A stretch of DNA of 64,000 nucleotides from Anabaena sp. CCY 0017 (lineage in GTDB: Bacteria; Cyanobacteriota; Cyanobacteriia; Cyanobacteriales; Nostocaceae): positions 1 to 64,000 of the forward strand of contig NZ_CAWUDG010000023.1 of the NCBI RefSeq assembly GCF_963920885.1, in the 5' to 3' direction. The translations under genes were made by a program, and so were the position numbers. Shown in pieces: positions 8,020 to 16,109 of this stretch (its first letter is position 1; each line of letters begins with the position of its first letter). Below the pieces are notes generated by a model, which saw nothing but the letters and a program-made list of their open reading frames with translations, did no database searches and was not told where the DNA came from.

Positions 8020-9606
8020 ATGTTTTTATTAAACTTTTTTCGTCGGCTAAAACTGCCTAAATTATCTATGAAAATTTCTTTGTGGAAAACTTTTTATATC
8101 AAGCCTAACGAAATTGGGATTTTGTATCAACGCAGTGATTTTCAGAAAATTTTGCAACCTGGTACTTACAACTATTTTGGTCGGCACTGGAATGTAAAAA
8201 CCTATGACCTCAATCAACCAGAGTCTCAAATTGAGAACTTGGAATTGTTGCTGCGAAATCATAGCGCAGAGTTACAGCCACATCTGTTAGTAGTTAAAAC
8301 GGCATTTAATGAAACTGCTTTAGTTCGCTGTGGTCAAAATTGGGTCAGTGTTGCCCCTAATCAATTAAAGGCTTTTTGGCGTGGTTTTATTGAAGTAGAA
8401 TCCCATGTTTTCAACTTAGATGAAAACTTGGAATTACCTGCTGAATTTGTGCAGCAACTACGGGTAAATACCTTAAATGGCATCAAAAAATTCCAAATTT
8501 TTGAGTACGAAATTGGTTTGCTGTACGTGCAGAATAATTTTGTACGCCCCCTAGTAACCGGAGAGTACGCTTTTTGGGCTGTAAATAGAGATGTTTCAGT
8601 GCGGACTCTCAGCCGGATGATTCCAAATCCAGAGTTTCCCTTAGAAGATATCTTGATTTCACAACATCCCGATTTTGTAGAGGCTTATTGCAAAACTGTC
8701 GAATTACAAAATCAACAAGTTGCGATCGCTCGTTATCAAGGTAAAGTCATTAGTATCCTACCCCCATGCAGTCGCAAGCTGTTTTGGCGAGATGTAGAGG
8801 TCGAAGTAATTGACATCAGCACCGATGCTAAATTGTCCTCTGACTTAGTTGCTGAGTTAGTTGTGGGTCTACCTGAAGCTGTAATTTTGAGCCTCAATAG
8901 TTTACATATTGCCTACATACCCCCCCAGTATGTGGGACTGTTGTACATCAATCAAGAGTTTCAAACACAACTCCAGTCCGGGAATCACGCTTGGTGGGTG
9001 TTTGGGCGTTCTGTAAACACAGAAATTTTTGACCTCCGCCAACAAACAATGGAACTATCCGGCCAAGATATTTTATCCAAAGATAAAGTACCTTTGCGCC
9101 TCAACTTAACTGCTGGCTACCGCATCACCGACCCACTCACAGCCAAAAACCGTTTATCGGATCTCACTAGCTACTTATACAAAGAGCTACAATTTGCTTT
9201 GCGTGGTGCTGTAGGTGAAAAAACTCTAGATGCCTTACTAGAAGATAAAGGGGCAATTGATAGCAGTATTTTTGATTACATTCACCAAAAAACCGCCGAC
9301 TATGGCATAGAAATAGATTCGGTTGGAGTCAAAGATATTATTCTCCCTGGTGAAATTAAAACGATTTTAGGGAAAGTAGTAGAAGCAGAAAAAATAGCCC
9401 AAGCTAACGTTATCCGTCGTCGTGAAGAAACGGCTGCTACTCGCAGTATGTTAAATACTGCCAAAGTAATGGAAGATAACCCCGTAGCATTGCGTTTAAA
9501 GGAGTTAGAAGTATTAGAAAGAATTGCTGAGAAGATTGAGAAAATCCAAGTCAATGGAAGTTTGGATAGTATTTTGACCGACTTAGTGCGGATGAATCGC
9601 GATTAA
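8020..9606 (+). CDS. SPFH/band-7 (stomatin-prohibitin-flotillin) domain protein with triplicated N-terminal segment
   Basis: 528 aa. The C-terminal part (LRLNLTAGYRITDP ... EAEKIAQANVIRRREETAA ... ALRLKELEVLERIAEK) is typical SPFH core plus helical tail. It is preceded by three tandem about-150-aa segments, each beginning with an EIG(I/L)LY...F...L.(P/T)G.Y.(F/W) element that resembles the first beta-strands of SPFH domains. Confidence 0.7.
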   Translation: MFLLNFFRRLKLPKLSMKISLWKTFYIKPNEIGILYQRSDFQKILQPGTYNYFGRHWNVKTYDLNQPESQIENLELLLRNHSAELQPHLLVVKTAFNETALVRCGQNWVSVAPNQLKAFWRGFIEVESHVFNLDENLELPAEFVQQLRVNTLNGIKKFQIFEYEIGLLYVQNNFVRPLVTGEYAFWAVNRDVSVRTLSRMIPNPEFPLEDILISQHPDFVEAYCKTVELQNQQVAIARYQGKVISILPPCSRKLFWRDVEVEVIDISTDAKLSSDLVAELVVGLPEAVILSLNSLHIAYIPPQYVGLLYINQEFQTQLQSGNHAWWVFGRSVNTEIFDLRQQTMELSGQDILSKDKVPLRLNLTAGYRITDPLTAKNRLSDLTSYLYKELQFALRGAVGEKTLDALLEDKGAIDSSIFDYIHQKTADYGIEIDSVGVKDIILPGEIKTILGKVVEAEKIAQANVIRRREETAATRSMLNTAKVMEDNPVALRLKELEVLERIAEKIEKIQVNGSLDSILTDLVRMNRD

Positions 9607-9800
9607 TTAATATCAAATCTGGTTAATTAGTTTTTAAATTCCGTCTATTTTGGAACCTGGAATTCTTGAGCAGAGTATATTATTCAGTTGTAGCTTGATT
9701 TCTAAACTGTAACCTCATTACAAAAACTACGGTTTTCAAGGTGGTCGCGGTCTAATATGACCTAGTATTCTGACGGTTTACCACTTTTTCTAAGATACAA

Positions 9801-9874
9801 GGGTGTGTTGTCGCCTAGCGCTACGCACCATCCCAGATTCTCGGTGCGTTATAGGTGTTCAACCTAACACGCCC
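9801..9874. repeat. palindromic short dispersed repeat (GTGTTGTCGC-TAGCG...CGCACC family)
   Basis: GGGTGTGTTGTCGCCTAGCGCTACGCACC...GGTGCGTTATAGGTGTTCAACCTAACACGCCC. Related copies lie at 1488-1545, 16039-16095, 35701-35775 and 47040-47228. Confidence 0.5.
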
Positions 9875-10116
9875 TATGCTTTACCTGCAATCAGCAAAAA
9901 ATCCGTCACCCTGATGCTCACCTCCGGCGGCGGTTTCAGAACTTTAAAGAGCAGTTTTAATGTACCTGTACAGTGTAGTTATTATTAAAGCAAGGCAGCA
10001 CAGCGTTTAAAATATATACTTCTAATAGAAAAGTGTTTATAATTACCTTTACAGATATTAAATAACCATCAGCCAATTATCGCAGGATTTAATCTGATTG
10101 AGAGATAAAGGTATTA

Positions 10117-12249
10117 ATGAATTTCTCTAGTAATTTTCAGTTTATTGGGTCTTGTAGTCAACAGTTGGAAGAACTTGGAAAGAAAGCAGAACGGCTTTAT
10201 AGCCTGAATGAACCCATTCCTTGTTTAATCACTCTCCGTACTTATGCGGAGTATTTAGTTGACCTAGTTACTATTAAGTTGGGTATTTATGCTCCTGAAG
10301 AAACCTTAAGCGATCGCCTCAGACATATTGAAGCTACCTTTCATGCCCAAAAAGCAGATATAGTTTTTATCCTGCAACGATTGCATAAACTCCGACGGGA
10401 TGGTAATCGAGCCGTGCATCAATTTGCAGGAGATAACAAAACTGCTGCAACCAATCTCTGCATCGCTTATGAAATAGGTATTTGGTACTTTAAAGCATTC
10501 AAGAATACTGATTTTATTCCCCCTAATTTTGTATTACCTAAATTTCAGCCTGACATTGATATTTTGCAAATTCAGGAATTGAAATCTACCCAACAAACAT
10601 ATCAGGAGTCTCAGCAGGTTAAGATAGAACTTTTACAAGCTGATCTTGAGCGATTGAAGAACGGGGTACAGATTAATAACGCTAAAGTAGCAACGGACTT
10701 AATGAGAGTAATGATTACAGATATAGAAAATGAAAGTGAACTCAACTGTTCCCAAGAATGGTCTCAGGGATTTGATCATACTACCGCCCTCTTCCACAAA
10801 GCAGAATTGATTTTACGGCAAATTAGCACTTTGATTGGTAAACGTAACTCTGAACCGTTCAACCTTTCCTCCAATGAAAGTATTCTGCCCGGTTTAGGTT
10901 TAGTCAACGATGCCATAGCCTTAGAAGCTAAAGCCGATGACATACAACAAGGTATTTTCAAATTAATTGTCATTGGTGAATTTAAACATGGCAAGAGTAC
11001 TCTTTTAAATGCCATACTTGGTAGTAAAGTCTTACCTGTATCTGCTATGCCAGCAACCGCAGTTATTACTATGTTGGTAGCTGGTGAGCATCAGCAAGTA
11101 GAAATTTATGAAGCAGGAAAAGATGAACCCCGCACAATCAGTTTGGAAGAGTTTAACCGGGAATTCCGCCTGAGTCCACAAGATATTGAAACTATTAACA
11201 AACAAGGTTTTTTAGATCGATTCGAGAATATTCAGTACGCCAAGATTCAGTGTCAGCACCATTTTTGTACTCAAGGAATTAGGCTCATCGACTCACCTGG
11301 ACTAGCTGAACAAGTTACTAGAACGAGGGTAGCAACTAACTTTTTTGAACAATCGCAAGCTGCTATATTTGTACTCAATGCTAAACAACCGTTAGGAGAA
11401 GCTGAACGAGAATTTATCCAAACTCACTTCAAACCTGGTTTTGTTGATCATGTTTTCTTTGTTGTGAACCAGATTGACCTCATAGATGAGGACGAAGTTG
11501 AATCACTCAAAGATTACTTCCGATTATATCTCAAAGATTATTTTCTCAATATGGCTGGGCAACCTGACTTAGAAAAGTGTAACAAACATTTGTTTTTTAC
11601 CAATGCTAAAGCTGCTTTAAAAGCCCGTCAATCTAATCCAGTGAATCAGCCGAAACTAGAAGCATCCGGCATTTTGGAATTGGAAAAAACACTAGAAATA
11701 TTTTTGACCAGTGCGGAGAAAGTTCGGGCTGGCTTAAGTTCCGCCTTTAAGCTGCTAGTAAGTATTATCTATGAAGCTCATATCCGAATTGACTTAGGAA
11801 AGGCTGCTTTAGACCAATCCTTGGCAGAATTAGAACAGCGCCGAACTGAGTCAGAAACTCGACTACAGGCTTTGGAGAAAAAGAAAGAAGATATTCAGGA
11901 AACTATTCGACTTTACAGTGAAGTAATTGCAGTCAAGCTTTGCGCGAGTTTAGATCAGCATATTACAGACATGAATACTCTTTGGCTATCTGAAGCTGGT
12001 GAATATATTACAGTAGAGATTTTTAATCCCCTAACTATTGCTAAAGCTTTAGTTGATTCCTGCGCAAAGGAAAGACTCAAACGATCAGCTTCAAGTGATG
12101 TCCAGAGATATTTAGAGGCTAAATTTAAAGACTGGGCTGACCAAGGGGAGCAACGCGAAAATGTGAGATCGAATTTTATATCTCAATTACCAGGGCTGAT
12201 TCCTAATAAACCCTGGTCGAAGTTCCCTATTTTTACCTTTTCTAGGTAG
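10117..12249 (+). CDS. bacterial dynamin-like GTPase (DLP2), GTPase-neck-trunk portion ending at an in-frame TAG
   Basis: 710 aa. G1 GEFKHGKSTLLNAILG, G3 LIDSPGLAEQ, G4 VVNQID. Helical trunk. It ends at TAG 12247-12249, and the same reading frame stays open into 12250-13062. Confidence 0.8.
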   Translation: MNFSSNFQFIGSCSQQLEELGKKAERLYSLNEPIPCLITLRTYAEYLVDLVTIKLGIYAPEETLSDRLRHIEATFHAQKADIVFILQRLHKLRRDGNRAVHQFAGDNKTAATNLCIAYEIGIWYFKAFKNTDFIPPNFVLPKFQPDIDILQIQELKSTQQTYQESQQVKIELLQADLERLKNGVQINNAKVATDLMRVMITDIENESELNCSQEWSQGFDHTTALFHKAELILRQISTLIGKRNSEPFNLSSNESILPGLGLVNDAIALEAKADDIQQGIFKLIVIGEFKHGKSTLLNAILGSKVLPVSAMPATAVITMLVAGEHQQVEIYEAGKDEPRTISLEEFNREFRLSPQDIETINKQGFLDRFENIQYAKIQCQHHFCTQGIRLIDSPGLAEQVTRTRVATNFFEQSQAAIFVLNAKQPLGEAEREFIQTHFKPGFVDHVFFVVNQIDLIDEDEVESLKDYFRLYLKDYFLNMAGQPDLEKCNKHLFFTNAKAALKARQSNPVNQPKLEASGILELEKTLEIFLTSAEKVRAGLSSAFKLLVSIIYEAHIRIDLGKAALDQSLAELEQRRTESETRLQALEKKKEDIQETIRLYSEVIAVKLCASLDQHITDMNTLWLSEAGEYITVEIFNPLTIAKALVDSCAKERLKRSASSDVQRYLEAKFKDWADQGEQRENVRSNFISQLPGLIPNKPWSKFPIFTFSR

Positions 12250-12288
12250 CGATCGCTCAATACCCAGGTAACTTATATTACAAATTTT

Positions 12289-13062
12289 TTGCACCTCACA
12301 AAATCGCGTTGCTCCCCTGACCAAGTACCTTTAGTTGCTGAGGGTGAATTGCAAAGATTAGCACTTAAATTAGAAGGTGAGATATCTACTTTTGCCAAAG
12401 AACTCTCCAATATCGAAAACTTATTTTCCGGGAATATGCCTCATGTTTCATCTACAGTTGAGGAGATTTCTAAAAATCGTGTAGATAAAATTTTACAACT
12501 AGCTGTTGGTTTAGTCATGATGGACTTTAGCGGATTTGCTGGTACTCTCATGGGGAGAGGAAATTGGATAGGTTTCATCCAAGCCGCAATTTTTCAAGCA
12601 GCATTAGGAACTTTTATCTTTTCATTATTTGAAGGTCCATTTGGTATTGTAACTTTCGTGTTCGTAGAAATTTTCCAATTTGTCATGAATCAAAATAGAC
12701 ATGAGCAAGAGATTCTCAAAAATATTGGTAAAAAAATACATGATGAACTCAAAAATCGTTCTCCTGAAATGAGGTTATCTCTCACTTGTAGAACCAAGGA
12801 ATCTTTCTGGAACCTTTCAGATAAACTAACACAAACATTACAAAAACAGATTGACGAAGTGAGAAATGAACAAGAAAGAATTATTACCCAAAAACGAAAC
12901 TATACATTTTCTACAAATGAAGAAAAAAATCGTATGAATCGAATTGGAGACGAACTTTTGCAACTTTTCAATAATTTGTCTGAAGTCACTTATGGTAAAA
13001 CATATACCCTAGAACAGTTAAAGTGGTTAGCTACAGGTAAAAAAATGTTGGAAGAGAAATAA
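12289..13062 (+). CDS. hydrophobic paddle-like plus helical segment, in-frame continuation of DLP2 after a TAG (read-through product, pseudogene half, or separate small membrane protein)
   Basis: Same frame as 10117-12249, with 13 sense codons (12250-12288) between the TAG and the TTG the ORF-caller used. There is no recognisable RBS. It contains an about-60-aa hydrophobic stretch (ILQLAVGLVMMDFSGFAGTLMG...IVTFVFVEIFQFVM) followed by charged helical sequence, as expected for a BDLP paddle and returning trunk helices. Confidence 0.5.
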   Translation: MHLTKSRCSPDQVPLVAEGELQRLALKLEGEISTFAKELSNIENLFSGNMPHVSSTVEEISKNRVDKILQLAVGLVMMDFSGFAGTLMGRGNWIGFIQAAIFQAALGTFIFSLFEGPFGIVTFVFVEIFQFVMNQNRHEQEILKNIGKKIHDELKNRSPEMRLSLTCRTKESFWNLSDKLTQTLQKQIDEVRNEQERIITQKRNYTFSTNEEKNRMNRIGDELLQLFNNLSEVTYGKTYTLEQLKWLATGKKMLEEK

Positions 13063-13073
13063 ATATAATATTC

Positions 13074-15242
13074 ATGTTAATTAATGAAAAAATTGAATCT
13101 GGTATTATTACCCTCTTAAAAAATCTCAATACACCTCCTCAATCTATACTTTACACCGAATATCAAGCTTATTTAACACCTTTAAAAGAGTTTGAATTAC
13201 AACTAAAAAAGCAGAATAAACAAGCTGTAATTTTCGGAGCTTTTAAAGCAGGTAAATCTACACTCATCAATGCTTTGTTGGGTTCATCTTGGCTACCATC
13301 TCGAAGTAATCGAGCCACAGGAGTTCCCACTCATATTGTTTACCATCACCTACCTGCTGCTTGGGTTAATCATAGTCAATTAATTTCTCCAGAGCAGATT
13401 GGACAGTACATCCTCTTAGATACTTCTCAAGGTAGCTCGGAAGCACCGGATGGTGTTCAATCCGTTAAACTAGGTTTGCCATTACCCCTACTCAAAAATC
13501 AGTGGTCTTTGGTGGATACACCTGGGTTACTAGATAATGCGACTCTTTCAGAAGTCACACTCCAACAACTTCAACAGGCGGATTTGGCAATTGTTGTCTT
13601 GCTTGCCAGTAAATTGTTGGCTGAAGCAGAGCGAGAGGTAATTCAGCAAGTTAACACTTTACTCAAAGGTAATTTAGTTATTATTATCAATCAAATTGAT
13701 CAGATTGATCTAGAAGAAAGAGAACTTCTGATTTCCTGGGCTAATAGTTGTTTAACAGGTATAGGAAATCGATTAGTGGGTTTTCCAGCCCTGTTTACAA
13801 CTGCTGCAAAAGCTTGGCTCAAACAAGATGAGCCAGAAATGCTAGAAACACGAATAGCCTTCCAAAACCACATGAAGATGATTTTCTATGAACTGTTGGG
13901 AAATCGAGTAGCTTTATTGTCTAGACTGTCAATTCTTGAATCTCACTTGCAAGAAAGAACTGCTTATTTTAAAATTCAGTTACTGAATATAAAACAACAG
14001 ATTCAAAAACTGGAATTGGAGGCAGAAGAAGACCTCAAACATCGACAAATTACTTTTAACAAACTTATTGAGGAGATAACTTGCGGAATAGATTTAATGC
14101 AAGTACCATTAATTACTTCCTTGGCACAAATGGAGATGGATTGTTGTAGAGAAGTTAAATTTCAAATTGACAAAAATAATCCTGAATGGTTAGGTGCTGC
14201 TCGTGGTCAAATAAATAATGCTGCCAATGCTTATATCATTGAAGTAAAACAAAAATCTTCTGTTATACTTAATAAAATTAAGATTGTTTTACCTATCTTT
14301 AATCGAGAAGCTTTAGATATCTGTCAACAAGCCAGTATTAGTGAGGATTTAGCAACCAGAATAACTAAAACCATAGGTAAATCTGAAGCTCTGGGATTCA
14401 TTCGTGGCGCTGCAAAAGTATTTTCTTTAGATTTAAAACAGAAGAATTTAGAGAAAGTAAAATCATTGCTGCAAAAGTGTGTTTATCAGATGCGGCAAAA
14501 TACGCAAGAATATATTGATAATTTGCATAGCTTAGTCGCAGATTATCAGGTAGTACATCAACCAAAGAGAGAGATATCTGACAAGCTCAAAAATGCATAT
14601 CAAAATAGTGTGGATTATGAAAAATTCATAAATTGGATTAGTTCATGCCGAGAAAATATTCAACCTATTATAGAAGAAGTAATGAGTGTAGTTTCTGAAT
14701 TTGAGGATATATGGGATAAATTTACTAAGCTGGCCGTTAGTGAATTTATGCAAAAGCGTCAGGATAAGAAAAATAAAAAAATTGACCTAAATCAACTAGC
14801 AAATCAAGTTATTAAAGAGAATTGCCAAACCAGATGGGATAATCCATCCCATTATAATTATGCCTGGTTAGAAAAATTAAAGCGTGAAAATTATGAAGTT
14901 GGACAAGAACTCAGTGATCTTATTCATTCAGTAAGTATTAATAAACTATTGAATAAGAAAAAACTTATAGATAGAAAAGAGGTTGTGATATTAGTAATTA
15001 CTATTGTTTTATCATTAGTTATTTTGTTGTGGGGGCAAAATATTCAAGATATCAGAGTTTTCAGTTTTTCTAGACAATCTGCCATTAGTATGATAATTTT
15101 GTCTTGGGGTTATTTTTTTATGAAAAAAAGTATGGATGAGCGTGATAAGAAATTTGAACGAAATCTCCATCAAACTATTAAAACTGAGATAGAAACATAC
15201 AAGTTGCAGGCAATAAATATTTTAAAAAGAATTAATTTTTAA
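13074..15242 (+). CDS. bacterial dynamin-like GTPase (DLP3) with C-terminal hydrophobic hairpin
   Basis: 722 aa. G1 GAFKAGKSTLINALLG, G3 LVDTPGLLDN, G4 IINQID. Hydrophobic segment VVILVITIVLSLVILLWG...MIILSWGYFFM near the C-terminus. Starts 11 nt after the preceding stop, so it is operonic with DLP2. Confidence 0.8.
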   Translation: MLINEKIESGIITLLKNLNTPPQSILYTEYQAYLTPLKEFELQLKKQNKQAVIFGAFKAGKSTLINALLGSSWLPSRSNRATGVPTHIVYHHLPAAWVNHSQLISPEQIGQYILLDTSQGSSEAPDGVQSVKLGLPLPLLKNQWSLVDTPGLLDNATLSEVTLQQLQQADLAIVVLLASKLLAEAEREVIQQVNTLLKGNLVIIINQIDQIDLEERELLISWANSCLTGIGNRLVGFPALFTTAAKAWLKQDEPEMLETRIAFQNHMKMIFYELLGNRVALLSRLSILESHLQERTAYFKIQLLNIKQQIQKLELEAEEDLKHRQITFNKLIEEITCGIDLMQVPLITSLAQMEMDCCREVKFQIDKNNPEWLGAARGQINNAANAYIIEVKQKSSVILNKIKIVLPIFNREALDICQQASISEDLATRITKTIGKSEALGFIRGAAKVFSLDLKQKNLEKVKSLLQKCVYQMRQNTQEYIDNLHSLVADYQVVHQPKREISDKLKNAYQNSVDYEKFINWISSCRENIQPIIEEVMSVVSEFEDIWDKFTKLAVSEFMQKRQDKKNKKIDLNQLANQVIKENCQTRWDNPSHYNYAWLEKLKRENYEVGQELSDLIHSVSINKLLNKKKLIDRKEVVILVITIVLSLVILLWGQNIQDIRVFSFSRQSAISMIILSWGYFFMKKSMDERDKKFERNLHQTIKTEIETYKLQAINILKRINF

Positions 15243-15399
15243 CAGAAAAATAGGCTATAGATAATACCTGGATGAGTAAAATTAAAACTGAATCTGCTTT
15301 TTAAATTTAATAGTATTCTAATATTTTATCCCGCATATATTGCAAAATAAAAACCTACAATAAGTAGGTAAAAAGCATATTAAAACTCCTATGGTATTC

Positions 15400-15909
15400 C
15401 TATACTTTTTCTTCTTTTGTTTCCGGGGTGATAATCTTCGCACCTTCAAAAAAACGAGACATCCAAGGTAAAGCTGCAAGAATTCCCGCTAAAACTACTA
15501 GAAATAGAGAAATTGCCAATATTTGATCACGAGGAATTTCCAGAACACCACGTAAAATTACTTCTCGCAAAGCCGAAACAATAGTAATTTCTACGGCTGC
15601 ACCTACAGAAATACGCTGTTCTTGTAAGTAATCAAGTAACAATCGAAATAACTCAACTAAAATCAAAATAAATAAGATATCAGAAGTTACTTCTCGTAAA
15701 TCCAAAGGATGTAAAAAGGAAGAAAACATATCTGCTAATCGAATTAGCATCACAGCAAACAATCCCAAGCACAGAGCAATAACAATAAAGTCTTGAAAAA
15801 GTTCTAAATTACTGACAATTCTCTCTCGTTTAAACCAACTTTGTACTTCTATAATTACCCGCTTGGGCATAGTAACTCCACACATTTTAGATTCTTGTCC
15901 CTTCATCAT
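15400..15909 (-). CDS. small 4-TM membrane protein, PsiE-like (phosphate-starvation-inducible E family) (tentative)
   Basis: 169 aa with four hydrophobic helices and an ELFRLLLDYLQE-type motif. The family assignment rests on recollection only. Confidence 0.35.
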   Translation of the reverse strand: MMKGQESKMCGVTMPKRVIIEVQSWFKRERIVSNLELFQDFIVIALCLGLFAVMLIRLADMFSSFLHPLDLREVTSDILFILILVELFRLLLDYLQEQRISVGAAVEITIVSALREVILRGVLEIPRDQILAISLFLVVLAGILAALPWMSRFFEGAKIITPETKEEKV

Positions 15910-16109
15910 AGGGAATTAAAAAATTTAAAAGTTATTATTGAGAACTTTTTAGATAAAGGTGTAGAGACTAATATGTAAGTCCTAATACAAAACCAAATCT
16001 AGTTAACTAAAGAGTATCCTTTCTCCCCTCTTAAACCTCCGCGTACCTTTGCGTTAAAAAAAGGTGCGTTGCGCTGCGCGACAACACACCCTACAAATTT
16101 GATACTGAT

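Noticed and set aside
9803-9988. 61-aa ORF in the DLP2 upstream region (and similar 55451-55720, 7024-7239, 19154-19570)
   Set aside because: They overlap palindromic dispersed repeats or run antisense to well-supported genes. They are chance ORFs.
12289-12291. TTG at 12289 as the genuine start of an independent gene
   Set aside because: There is no Shine-Dalgarno-like sequence. The frame is open all the way back to the TAG of DLP2 and is identical to the DLP2 frame. The product has the properties of a dynamin C-terminal region. It is kept as an alternative, not as the primary call.
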